DNA of 64,000 nt, taken from NCBI GenBank assembly GCA_963763775.1, contig CAVXPZ010000004.1:96001-160000 (forward strand), written 5' to 3'. The translations under genes and the position numbers were made by a program. Origin of the DNA: an uncultured Chloroflexia bacterium. GTDB taxonomy: Bacteria > Chloroflexota > Limnocylindria > Limnocylindrales > CSP1-4. This document shows, piece after piece, positions 8,472 through 19,129 of this stretch (positions are counted from its first letter, which is position 1; each line of letters starts with the position of its first letter). Under the pieces are notes generated by a model. The model searched no databases, was not told the DNA's origin, and saw only the letters and a list, made by a program, of their open reading frames with translations.

Positions 8472-11400
8472 GTGGCAGAGGACTTCATCGAGGGTCTCTA
8501 CGAAACCCTCCTCACCGATACCCTTCGGACTCGCATTGAGGCGGCTCGTGCCCTTGGATGGGTCATTGAAGTCGACGAGGTTGGCAAGTCCGAACTGCCC
8601 GAGCTGCTGGCACGTCACGTTCAAGACGAGCTTCGCCGATCCATCGCCAACACTGGCGCCAGCGACTCAGAGCGTCGAGCCTCACAGATCGCCCTGACGA
8701 ACCGCGTTTTGGCACTCCTTCGTGGCGGGGCGATGGCCGAGGAAGACGTCGACCCTTCGGCCCAGCTACTCGTGGAAGCGCGCAGACCTGGGGCCAGAGG
8801 TAACGGGCGGACCAATCGACCGGGGATATCGCTGAGCTCGAGCGCGCTCTTGGTCAACGGGCGGAATGACTTCCAAATTGGCAACGAGGTCGGGCGCGAG
8901 ATCGAAAGCGCCGACCGAATTGACCTCGTATGTGCGTTCGTCCGTTTCGCGGGCTTGCGCTTGATCCGATCGCAACTGCAGGACTTCCTGCTGAGTGGCG
9001 GGCAGATGCGAGTGATCGCAAGCGTCTATACGGGCTCGACGCAACGACGGGCAATCGATGAACTGGTCGGCCTTGGGGCCAAGGTCAAGATCTCGTACGA
9101 GACGTCCCAAACAAGGCTGCACGCGAAGGCGTGGCTGTTCCGACGCGACTCGGGGTTCTCCACCGCGTATGTCGGATCGTCCAACTTGACCCGCTGGGCG
9201 CTCCTGGATGGGCTCGAGTGGAACATCCGAGTCAGCCAAGTCGACAACGCTGGAATCGTCGATCGCGTCGCGGCCACGTTCGAGCAGTACTGGAATGAGG
9301 TCGAATTCGAGTCATACGACCCGCGCGTTGACGCCGAGCGCCTCGATCGCGCCCTCAATGCCCAGAAGGGTGAGCGCGGCGAGGCGGCGGAGTTCTTCGC
9401 GTCTGCATCACTTGAACCAAAGCCGTTTCAGCAGGAGATGCTGGAAGCGCTTGCCGCCGAGCGCCAGCGCGGGCACATGCGCAATTTGGTGGTGGCTCCG
9501 ACAGGAACCGGCAAGACCTGGGTGTCGGCCTTCGACTACAAGCGACTCCGCGGTCAAGGTCTTGATCGGCTGCTTTTCGTCGCTCATCGGGACGAAATCT
9601 TGTTGCAGAGCCAGCAGGTCTTTCGCTGGGTCTTGAACGACATGTCGTTTGGAGAACGACACGTTGGCTCCGAGCGGCCAGTCGTGGGCGAACACGTCTT
9701 CGCGTCGATCCAGTCGCTCAGCCGGCGGCTTGACGACATTCCGCCCGATGCGTTTGACGTCGTCATTGTCGACGAGTTCCATCACTCCGAAGCTCCGACG
9801 TACCGCAAGCTGCTGGATCGGCTGCATCCAAAGGTGCTTCTTGGTCTGACTGCGACGCCCGAGCGGTCCGACGGCCAGGACATCATTCATTGGTTCGACA
9901 ACCGCATTGCCTGTGACATGCGTCTCTGGCAGGCCCTCGACCAAGGACTCCTTTCGCCATTCCACTACTTCGGCGTCGCAGACGGTACTGACCTTCGAGG
10001 CGTGGCCTTTGATCGTGGTCGATACGTGCCGGGCGAACTGGAAGGGCTATACACAGGCGATCACATCCGCGCCCGCCGAATCCTGGACGCCGTCGAGGAA
10101 TGGATCTTGGATCCGACCAAGATGCGAGCTCTTGGGTTCTGCGCCGGGGTCGCGCACGCCAGGTTCATGGCAGATCAGTTCAGCGAAGCCGGGCTGCCGG
10201 CGATCGCTCTTGATGGCGGGTCGCCACGGGACCTCCGCCTGAGCGCCGTGCGACAACTTCGTCGCGGCGAGCTCCGAGCCATCTTCACGGTCGATATCTT
10301 CAATGAGGGGGTCGACATTCCTGAGGTGGACACGCTTCTGCTCCTGAGACCGACGGAGAGCGCGACGGTATTTCTCCAGCAGCTCGGCCGAGGCCTGCGG
10401 TGGGCGGAGGGCAAGAGCGTCCTCACTGTTCTCGACTTCATCGGACAAGCGAATGCGAACTACCGGTTCGATATCCGATATCGGGCAATCACCGGTGGAA
10501 CAAGGCAGCAACTCGGGAGGTCGATCGAGGCCGGTTTTCCACTCATGCCGCCCGGATGCGCCATTCGTCTGGACGAGATCTCGCAGAAGATCGTGCTCGA
10601 CAACATACGGACGAGCCTCCGAACTGGACGCCGTGCGATCGTCGAGGACCTGCGTGGACTCCCGGTTGACACCACCCTCCCGGAATTCTTGAACGAGAGT
10701 CACTTTGAGCTCGAGGACGTCTACGCGGATGTCGGTCAGACCTACACGGCGCTGAGGCGCGCCGCTGGCCATCTCCGGGACACGGCCGCGCCGGTCGAGA
10801 CGGCCGGCGGTCGCGCATTCAGCCGTCTGCTTCACCTCGACGACGAGGAACGACATGAACATTGGTCGAGGTTCCTTGGCGGCGCACCGCTTGAGACCGA
10901 CACAGACACCCGCAAGGGTCGCCTTGACCTCATGCTTTTCGCAGCACTTGGGTACAGCCTGCGGCCGATCTCCGAGCTCACGGGGTCGCTCGAAGCCTTT
11001 CGGAAGAACGAACATCTCGCCGAAGAACTGCATCAGCTCCTGGGCGTTCTTCGTGACGCCAGTCGTAGCGAGTCTCGCCCAATCGATGCCCGCGGAGTGG
11101 TCCCCATTCAGTCACACGCGACGTACGCACTCTCCGAGCTAATGGCCGGCTACGGACGAGTTAGCAGGGGCGTGCTCGTGGCGCCACGAGAAGGGGTGGC
11201 GTACGTGCCCGAGCATCAAACGGACCTCTTGTTTGTAACCTTGAACAAGGCTGACGAGGACTATTCACCTACGACTCGCTACCAGGACTACCCAATCTCG
11301 CCGACGATGTTTCATTGGGAATCGCAATCCGGGACATCGGTGGCATCCATCACCGGCCAGCGCTACATCAATCACGTGGCTCGGGGCTCGAAGGTAGTGC

Positions 11401-11573
11401 TCTTCGTGCGCGAGAACCGGCGGGATGGCCGGGCCATCTCCAGCCCGTACGTCTGCCTTGGGACAGCGAGACTCGTTAGATACGAGTCGGAAAGGCCAAT
11501 TCGAATTGTGTGGGAGCTAGATCGGCCGATGCCGACCGAGTTGTTCCAGTCAGCAAAGGTCGCGGCTGGCTAG
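8472..11573 (+). CDS. SauUSI-like type IV restriction enzyme: PLD nuclease + SF2 helicase + DUF3427
   Basis: RLHAKAW and GSSNLT (PLD); APTGTGKT, DEFHH, GLTATPER, NEGVDIP, QQLGRGLR (helicase); C-terminal YSPTTRYQDY...FHWESQS (DUF3427); visibly lower GC than the flanks; GTG start at 8472 preferred to 8406. Confidence 0.85.
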   Translation: MAEDFIEGLYETLLTDTLRTRIEAARALGWVIEVDEVGKSELPELLARHVQDELRRSIANTGASDSERRASQIALTNRVLALLRGGAMAEEDVDPSAQLLVEARRPGARGNGRTNRPGISLSSSALLVNGRNDFQIGNEVGREIESADRIDLVCAFVRFAGLRLIRSQLQDFLLSGGQMRVIASVYTGSTQRRAIDELVGLGAKVKISYETSQTRLHAKAWLFRRDSGFSTAYVGSSNLTRWALLDGLEWNIRVSQVDNAGIVDRVAATFEQYWNEVEFESYDPRVDAERLDRALNAQKGERGEAAEFFASASLEPKPFQQEMLEALAAERQRGHMRNLVVAPTGTGKTWVSAFDYKRLRGQGLDRLLFVAHRDEILLQSQQVFRWVLNDMSFGERHVGSERPVVGEHVFASIQSLSRRLDDIPPDAFDVVIVDEFHHSEAPTYRKLLDRLHPKVLLGLTATPERSDGQDIIHWFDNRIACDMRLWQALDQGLLSPFHYFGVADGTDLRGVAFDRGRYVPGELEGLYTGDHIRARRILDAVEEWILDPTKMRALGFCAGVAHARFMADQFSEAGLPAIALDGGSPRDLRLSAVRQLRRGELRAIFTVDIFNEGVDIPEVDTLLLLRPTESATVFLQQLGRGLRWAEGKSVLTVLDFIGQANANYRFDIRYRAITGGTRQQLGRSIEAGFPLMPPGCAIRLDEISQKIVLDNIRTSLRTGRRAIVEDLRGLPVDTTLPEFLNESHFELEDVYADVGQTYTALRRAAGHLRDTAAPVETAGGRAFSRLLHLDDEERHEHWSRFLGGAPLETDTDTRKGRLDLMLFAALGYSLRPISELTGSLEAFRKNEHLAEELHQLLGVLRDASRSESRPIDARGVVPIQSHATYALSELMAGYGRVSRGVLVAPREGVAYVPEHQTDLLFVTLNKADEDYSPTTRYQDYPISPTMFHWESQSGTSVASITGQRYINHVARGSKVVLFVRENRRDGRAISSPYVCLGTARLVRYESERPIRIVWELDRPMPTELFQSAKVAAG

Positions 11574-11576
11574 CTT

Positions 11577-11843
11577 CTACCAGGCAAGCCCCAGGCCGGG
11601 GTAGCGGTCCGCGAGTTCGTCGAGGGTGAACGAGGCGACGCCGAGGCGGGCTTCGGTGCCGTCCAGGTCGGTGATGACGGCGTCGGCCAGGAGCTCCGTG
11701 TCACCCGGTCGGAGCTCGACCTCCTCGAGAACGAGGCGGACGATCTTGGGGAGGCTGGACTCGACCTCCTCGCGAATCTCGGCGCCGTGGACGTGGATGA
11801 CGAGATTGAGTGCCCATCGACGGCTTGCGGATCCCATCGTCAC
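11577..11843 (-). CDS. Small hypothetical protein
   Basis: 88-aa ORF, GAGG RBS before GTG, host-like codon usage, convergent with the helicase gene. Confidence 0.5.
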   Translation of the reverse strand: MTMGSASRRWALNLVIHVHGAEIREEVESSLPKIVRLVLEEVELRPGDTELLADAVITDLDGTEARLGVASFTLDELADRYPGLGLAW

Positions 11844-12189
11844 GCGTACCTCACATGTTCAGCGTTGGCTCTCCCAAAGCTGCGGCGGCAGTCGCACCAC
11901 CCGGCGCTGGATATCCGGCCGCAGCCCTCGGTGTCCGCGCCGTGAAACGTCACTAGGTGACCGCAATCGCAGCACACGTCGACCGGATGCCAGTCGACCG
12001 CAGCTCCGCAACGCCGACAGTAGATCGGGTCGTCGACGGCATCGCTTCGCGACGGACCACACGATCGGGACCTGCACCGCCATGTGGATCATCGATCATC
12101 GATCGAGCGTGCCACGATCCGGCGAGATCGTCGATCGGGCAAATGCGCTGGCTGCAGGCGGAGAACCGAGCCTACAACGGCGTCCCCCG

Positions 12190-13441
12190 CTAGAACGGCG
12201 TCCCGTTGAACGGCGCAGCCGACACCGCGAACAGCGCGTCGGCGTCGGCGATGGCGCCGGGGCGGCATTCGGTGACGCGGTTGGCGCGGGCCAGGTCGCC
12301 GAAGCGGACGGTGCCGAGGTAGTTCGCGGCAAGGTCGCGGATGTCGAGTGCGAGGTCTGCCGCTGTCGCGGCCGCGGCCGGCTCGACGGAGCCCACGCCA
12401 TCACCCGAAACGTTCAACCGCCATCGACCCGCGTTCTCGGGGCAGAACTCGTCCGTCACATCGAACACCAGCTCGCCCGGGCCGCGATACCGCCGCGCCT
12501 CGAGCGCGCCCTTCAGGTCGATGATCCGCAGCCACAGGCTGTCGCCGATACCCAGGTTCAGGCGGCGCGGCTCGGTGACCATGAGCGAGAGCGGCAGCGG
12601 CACCGCCCCGCGCTCGGTCTTGACCGTCGCGATGAGATCGAGCGAGAAGATCCACTGCCACATCGCCTGCTCGGCGCCGGCGTCGAGGCCGAGCAGCTCC
12701 AGCACGAAGACGACGCCCTTCGGGCCGAGCGCGTCCCAGTCCGCGCGGATGCGGTAGATCGCGTACGCCCGCGCCTCGCCGTCGCGCTCGAGCACCGCCC
12801 GGATCTTGTGCCCGTTCCCGGCGCGCATCCACTCGGCGTCCTCGAGCATGTGGTAGCGCCATTTCGCGTGGGTTCGGCTCAGCGAGCCGTTGATCGACGG
12901 CCGGCGCGCGTCGTAGATCGCCGATGCCAGCTCGACCGCTTCGTCGCGCTCGACGATGCGGACCTCGCCCTGGCCCTCCACCGGCCGGCTGAACGTGATC
13001 CTGTCCTTCGGCGCCTCCATCCGGGTCGAGAGCGTGGCGATCGCGTACCCGAATCGCTGATAGATCGCCGCCTCGGACGCCTGGAGGACCGCGACGGGCT
13101 CGCCGCGGTCACGCGCCTGCTCGAACAGGTCGACCATCATCTGGCGGAGGATCCCGCGACGCCGATGCGTCGGCGACACGCCGACCAGCGTGATACCGGC
13201 GGCGGCCACCTCGCCACCTCCGGGCACGGTCATCCGGAACGAGATCGCGCCCGAGCAGCCGACCGCGGTGTCGCCGTCGAACGCGCCGATGACTCGGTCG
13301 ATCTCGATGACGTGGTGCTCGTTCTCGAGCTCGGCTTCGGACCACAGCTCGCCGAAGGCGAGTTCGAGCGGCTTGAGGATCGTCGCGGAGCGTGTCCTCG
13401 GTGGCCGTGCGGATCGTGATCGCGCTGGTCGCGTCTGGCAT
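12190..13441 (-). CDS. Eis-like GNAT acetyltransferase with SCP2-like C-terminus (frameshift near N-terminus)
   Basis: VGVSPTHRRRGILRQM, ASEAAIYQRFGY, LWLRIID, D.FCPENAGRW; N-terminus MPDATSAITIR lies in another frame. Confidence 0.85.
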
Positions 13442-13473
13442 CTGCGCATCGTGCCACGCGCACGTCGCGTGGG

Positions 13474-16325
13474 TCAGACCTTGGGAAGTTCCTGCGCGTC
13501 GGTCTGGGCCGGCGCGAAGAGGTCGCCGATGCGCTCCGACCCGCTCCGGGAGGTCGCGGATCGTCCATCGGTCCGGTCGCAGGTCCGGGTCGTCCAGCTC
13601 GTCCCACGTGATCGGGGCCGAGACCGGAGCGCCGGCCGCCGGCCGCACGGCATAGGGCGCCACGAGCGTCTTGATCGAGGCGTTCTGCGTGTAGTCGAGG
13701 CGGGCACGGCCCTTGCGGGCCTCCTTGGCCCACTCCCAGGAGATGAGGTCCGGGACGGTCGCGCCCACCGCGCGCGAGACGCGCTCGACCCAGGCGCTGG
13801 TGTCGGCGAACTCGTACTTCGGGACGATCGGGATCCACACCTGGACGCCGCGTTTGCCCGTGACCTTGGGGTAGCCGCGGACGCCGAGATGGCCGAGCGC
13901 GGTCCGGTAGAGGCGCGCGAGCACGAGGGTCTCGTCCCAGGTCGTCTTCTCCCCGGGGTCGATGTCGATCAGCGCGAACGTGGGTCGCCAGGCGTCTGGG
14001 AGGCGGCCGGTCCAGGCATGGATCTCGAAGCTCGCCTGGTTGCCGAGCCAGCACAGCGCGGCGGCCCGGTCCGCGATGAGATGGTCGTTGGCGCTCCGGT
14101 CCGCCCGGCCGTCGACGCCGGTCTCGTGCCAGCGGCGCAGCCACTTCGGGGCGGTCTCCGGGATGTCCTTCTGCCAGAACCCGGGCGAGCCGGCACCGTT
14201 GGGGAACCGCTGGAGGTTGAGCGGCCGCTCCGCAAGGTGGCGGAGCATCGTGGGGGCGATCCTGGCGAAGTAGCCGATGAGCTCGCGCTTGGTGATCGGG
14301 CCAGCCGCGACGTCATCGGGGCGATCCGCCCGTGGCTCGAAGAGCGGCTTGTCGAGGTTCGTCAGCTTCAGCTCGTCGGCGCCGACGCGCCAGACGCCTT
14401 CCTTGCCGAGCGCCGCCAGGGCGGCGAGCTCGTCCTCGGTGACACGCCAGTCGTCGGGGACGATGGCCGGTGCCGCGGCGGCGGCGGCGCCCGCGGTTGC
14501 CGCGGCGGCGGAGCCCGCCGGTCGCGCGGCGGCGGAGCCCGCGGCGGCGGACCGCCGGCGCCAACGAGGTTGCTACGCTTTCGTAGTACGAAATCGCACG
14601 ATCATCGCCGGGCGCGGGACGGCCCGGAGCAGGGCCTGGCGCTGGCGGCTGCGCTGGCGCCTCACGCTCGGCGGCACGGACCGCCGACGTCGTGGCGACC
14701 GCGGTCTCGCGAGCGACGGTGGTCGGGTCGCGTCCCGCCTCGATGCCCTTGAAGGCGGCCTGCCGAACCATCCCGTCGCGCGACCAGCCGCCCAGCTCGG
14801 CACGGATCACCAGCTCGGGCCGGGTCCATGTCACGCCACCCAGGTCGCCGCCCCAGCGGCCCTTGTAGTCCTTGGGCGGCGGCGGGTCGAACGGCGGCGC
14901 GTCGGTCGCGAGCGGTCCAAGGCGCGCCAGCAGGTCCTTGCGGATCGCGCCCGTGAACCCCGACCCGACCTTGCCGCTGAACCGCAGCTTGCCATCCTCG
15001 TAGACGCCGACGACCACGGCTCCGAGATCGCGGGCGTTCCCCTCCCCCGGCGTCCAGCCACCCACGACGAGCTCCTGTTCCGGTCGCACCTTGAGCTTCA
15101 GCCAGGCGTTCGTGCGTTTCCCGGGCTCGTACCGGGAGCGGCGCAGCTTGGCGATGACGCCCTCGAGGCCCTGCGCCTCCGCGGCGGCGTAGAACGCGAG
15201 CCCCTCGCCGTCGACGTGCGAGGCGAACCGGACCCTCGGGTGCGGCTTGAGCACGCTCTTGAGCAGGCGCTTGCGGTCCTCGAGCGGCACGTCCAGCAGC
15301 GATCGCCCATCGAGGTACAGCAGGTCGAACGCCTGGTACACCAGCCCGGGCGCGCCCTTCTCGCCGAGCCGCGACTGCAGCAGCGAGAAGTCCGGCCGCC
15401 CGGCGTCGTCGATCGCGACGACCTCGCCGTCGACGATGGCCTCGCGCGCCTCGATCCAGGACGGTGGCGTGAGCAGCCGCGGGAAGTACGTCTCGGCGTC
15501 CTTGAGGTTCCGGGTCCAGAGGCGGACCTTGCCGTCCGCCACGACCGCCTGCACGCGATAGCCGTCCCACTTGATCTCGAACAGCCAGTCCGGGTCGCTG
15601 AACGCCTTCGACGCGAGGGTCGCGAGCATCGGCTCGATCCGCGTGGGCAGCGGCGCGCGGACGGCGCCCGCGAGGTCGATCTCGGCGGTCGCGGCCGGCA
15701 TCGTGCCGATCCACAGGGCGTCGCGGTCGGCCTTGACGTCGTCGTTCGTGCGGCCCGTCTTGACGCTCTGCGGGTGATCCTCGGCGTCCCATCCCGGGAT
15801 CGACTCCGGGCCCTTCTTGTGGATCAGGAGCCACTGCTCGGCCTCGTCGTCCTCGAAGGCGCGGGCCGCGGGATCGTCGCCCTTGTGTCGTCGGCCGCTG
15901 GTCCGGACGATCGTGAAGCGGCCCTGCACCTTGTCGCCGTGGAGGCGGAACTTCAGCTCGCCGTCCTGGACGGCCCGCCTCGGGTCGAGCGTCGGCGCCT
16001 CGGGCTCCCATGTGCCCCAGTCCCAGACGATCACGTCGCCGGCGCCGTACTCCTTGGCGGGGATCACTCCCTCGAAGTCGAAGTACTCGATCGGGTGGTC
16101 CTCGACGTGGACCGCCATCCGGCGCGTGGCCGAGTCGAGCGTTGGCCCCTTCGGCACGGCCCACGAGACCAGGACGCCGTCGATCTCGAGGCGGAAGTCG
16201 TAGTGCAGGCGTGTCGCGCGATGCCGCTGCACGACGAACCGCCCGGTCGTCGGCACGACGCTGGCGGGCGCCGGCTCCGGGGTCTTCGCGAAATCACGCT
16301 TGCGCCGATATTCCTCGAGGGGCAT
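13474..16325 (-). CDS. ligD: NHEJ DNA ligase D (phosphoesterase-ligase-polymerase), split by frameshifts near 14560 and 13545
   Basis: YRRKRDFAKTPEP, QRHRATRLHYDFRLE (PE); EIKWDGYR, EGVIAK, WLKLK (ligase); KLTNLDK, RFPNG, IDIDPG, KVTGKRG, DYTQN, APYAVR (primase-polymerase). Confidence 0.9.
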
Positions 16326-16398
16326 CAGGCCGTCAGTGTGCCATTCCTTTGAGGACCCACAAGACGCTGCCAGGACGGGCTCCTAGCGTGCTGGCGAG

Positions 16399-18102
16399 GT
16401 GCTTGTCAGCGTCGTCATCCCGACGTACAACCCGGGGCGGTATCTCGATGCCGGCATCGCCTCGCTCATGGCCCAGACGCTGCCGTCTGATCAATTCGAG
16501 GTCGTCATCGTGGACGACGGGTCGACGGATGGCACTCCCGCCCACCTCGAGGCGCTGGCGACGGAGCACTCGAACATCCGCGTCGTCCTGACCGAACACT
16601 CGGGCTGGGCCGGCCGCCCGCGAAACGTCGGCATCCACCATGCCCGAGGCGAGTTCATCCAGTTCATGGATCAGGACGACCGCCTGGCCCCGGACGCGCT
16701 CCGCCGTCTCGTCGCGACGGGTCGGCGGAACCATTCCGACGTCGTGCTCGGCAAGTCGACCTCGGACTTCCGCGGCGTCGCCCTGTCCGTGTTCGCGAGG
16801 AACCGCGACGCCTGCACTATCTACGACTCGCCCGTCATCAATTCGCTCACGCCGCACAAGATGTTCCGTCGCGCGTTCATCGAGCAGCATGGCCTCGCAT
16901 TCCCCGAGGGTCGGCGTCGACTCGAGGACCAACCATTCGTCCTGAAGGCGTACTTCGCCGCAGCCGTGATCTCGATCGTCGCCGACGCGCCCTGCTACTT
17001 CTACCTGGGACGGGACGACCGCGGGAATGCCGGTTCGACGCGGATGGAGCCGGTCGGCTACTACGAGAACGTCCGCGAGGTCATCGACATCCTGCTCGCC
17101 AATACCGAGCCCGGCAAGGACCGAGACCGACTCATGCGACGGTTCGCTCGAGTCGAGTTGTTGAATCGCCTGAGCGGCCCGTACTACGTCCGCTGGCCAT
17201 CCGAGTTCCGACAGGCCGTGTACGAGAACGTCCGATCCGTGTATCTCGACGTCGTCCCCGAGTCGGCCGAAGCGGACCTCGGGGCTGTCGGGCGACTGCG
17301 TGCCCGGCTGCTTCGCGACGATCGACCCGACGCCCTCCTGGAGCTCGCGACGAGGATGCTGGACCTGCGGGCGGTCACCCGGGTCGAGTCTGCCCACTGG
17401 ACCGATGGTCGGCTCCTGATCGCCTTCACGGCCAGGATCGAGTTTGCCGATGGCTCGCCGGTCGAGCTCATCCGTCGCAGCGGGCGCACGCTGCTCGATC
17501 CGCGACTGACGGACGAGGTCGTGGACCTGCCGTTGGACGTCACTGACGCCGTCGGAAGCGTTCGCGTCGGGGTCGTGCTGCACGAGCGAACGACCCACGT
17601 CGAGTGGGCGGTGCCATCGAAGGTCGCGCTCGCGCGCCTCGACGGCGGCGGCGACCCGGACGGTGCGTCGCCGATGCCGCTGGCCTTGCGTGGCGAGATC
17701 GGCATCGATCCACAGACCGTCGCCGTCGGTCGACCGCTGGCACCCGGCGAGTGGGACATCCGCTTGCGCGTTGCCGCGTTCGGTCTCGACGTCGCTATCG
17801 GATTGGGGTGTGACCCGGACCCTGACGATGCCGTGCAGGCCGTCCCGCCGCTCTTCCACGCACCAGGTCGGCTCGTCTCCCTTCGCCGGTCGAACGCCCA
17901 CGGCACCGAGTTGGCGGTCGAAGCGGTCGATGGCTTGCCCGTCGGCATCGAGGTCTACCGCCCGCCCCGACCTGGCGCTGTGGCCCGCCTGCGACGCTCG
18001 ATCGTTCCCGGGGCCTGGCGGCTCTACGACCGCCTGCCGCCTCGCGCGCGGCGGCGGACTGCCGCGATCGTCCGCCGCCTCCGCGTGCTGGCCAAGGGCT
18101 AA
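16399..18102 (+). CDS. Glycosyltransferase family 2 (TarS-like)
   Basis: VSVVIPTYN, VDDGSTDGT, GRPRNVG, FMDQDD, LEDQPF. Confidence 0.85.
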   Translation: MLVSVVIPTYNPGRYLDAGIASLMAQTLPSDQFEVVIVDDGSTDGTPAHLEALATEHSNIRVVLTEHSGWAGRPRNVGIHHARGEFIQFMDQDDRLAPDALRRLVATGRRNHSDVVLGKSTSDFRGVALSVFARNRDACTIYDSPVINSLTPHKMFRRAFIEQHGLAFPEGRRRLEDQPFVLKAYFAAAVISIVADAPCYFYLGRDDRGNAGSTRMEPVGYYENVREVIDILLANTEPGKDRDRLMRRFARVELLNRLSGPYYVRWPSEFRQAVYENVRSVYLDVVPESAEADLGAVGRLRARLLRDDRPDALLELATRMLDLRAVTRVESAHWTDGRLLIAFTARIEFADGSPVELIRRSGRTLLDPRLTDEVVDLPLDVTDAVGSVRVGVVLHERTTHVEWAVPSKVALARLDGGGDPDGASPMPLALRGEIGIDPQTVAVGRPLAPGEWDIRLRVAAFGLDVAIGLGCDPDPDDAVQAVPPLFHAPGRLVSLRRSNAHGTELAVEAVDGLPVGIEVYRPPRPGAVARLRRSIVPGAWRLYDRLPPRARRRTAAIVRRLRVLAKG

Positions 18103-18998
18103 CCCAGCCGCAGGTCCGGGATGACCTCGTCGATGAACCGCCGGTACGTGCCCATCGTGTCGAAGTTGACCTGGAAGTGGGACACGCCGTGGTCGATCAT
18201 CGTCTGCATCTCGCGGACGACGTCCGCTGGCGTGGGGCCGAACGGGCGGAACAGCGCGTCCGGGTAGAAGGAATGCACGTAGGTCGGCTCGAAGGTCGAT
18301 GCGTCGTCCGGCATCGAGACGTCGATCCCGGCGGTCAGCGTGATCTCCTCGAACGGTCGGCCGATGGCCTGGCAATGCGCCTTCAACGTCTCGTACGGCC
18401 CTTGGTACATGGCATCCCACGGGCCGTCCCAGTTCCACCAGTCCGCGAGCCGGGCCGTGACACCGAGCGCCTTCGGCCCGTTGGTCCCGACCATGATCGG
18501 GATCGGCGGGTCGGGGCGCGGTTCGCAGTACGCGTTCTCCACGTGGTAGTACGTGCCGTGGTAGGTCGCCGGCGACTGCGTCCACATCGTCCGGATCAGC
18601 TCGATGGTCTCGGCCAGCTGCGCCACTCGGACGCCCGGGGTCGGGTAGTCGTAGCCGTAGGCGCGGTACTCCTCGTCGTGCCAGCCGGCCCCGAGGCCGA
18701 GGATGAACCGGCCGCCGGTCAGGTGCTGCAGCGTGGCCGCCATCTTGGCCAGGAGGGCCGGGTTCCGGTAGCTCTGGCTCAGGACGAGGTGGCCGTAGCG
18801 GAACCGCGGAAAGGCGGCGGCGAGGTACGCGAGCTTCGTCCAGCCCTCGTCGACCGGGTCGGCATCGAACTGGAGGTGGTCGGAGATCCAGACCGTGGTG
18901 AACTCGGGCGGCGCCATCTCGAGGACGGTCCCGATGTGGTCCATGAGGCCCACGCCGTCCGGCGGCTCAGGAAAGCCCTGGAAACCGAGGTCCGCCAC
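18099..18998 (-). CDS. LLM-class flavin-dependent oxidoreductase
   Basis: WISDHL, YRNPALLAKMAATL, GRFILGLGAGW..EY, PIMVG. Confidence 0.9.
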   Translation of the reverse strand: MADLGFQGFPEPPDGVGLMDHIGTVLEMAPPEFTTVWISDHLQFDADPVDEGWTKLAYLAAAFPRFRYGHLVLSQSYRNPALLAKMAATLQHLTGGRFILGLGAGWHDEEYRAYGYDYPTPGVRVAQLAETIELIRTMWTQSPATYHGTYYHVENAYCEPRPDPPIPIMVGTNGPKALGVTARLADWWNWDGPWDAMYQGPYETLKAHCQAIGRPFEEITLTAGIDVSMPDDASTFEPTYVHSFYPDALFRPFGPTPADVVREMQTMIDHGVSHFQVNFDTMGTYRRFIDEVIPDLRLG

Positions 18999-19129
18999 GT
19001 CCCAACCTCCGGTGCTGACTGATCCCCGCGATCTTCACAGCCTAGTCGGCGCGCGTCGCCGGAGGTGGCCGTTGCGTGGGGCGGCGATGCGCAACGGGAT
19101 CGTCCCGATGTGGGGTCTGCGGCCTCGGA

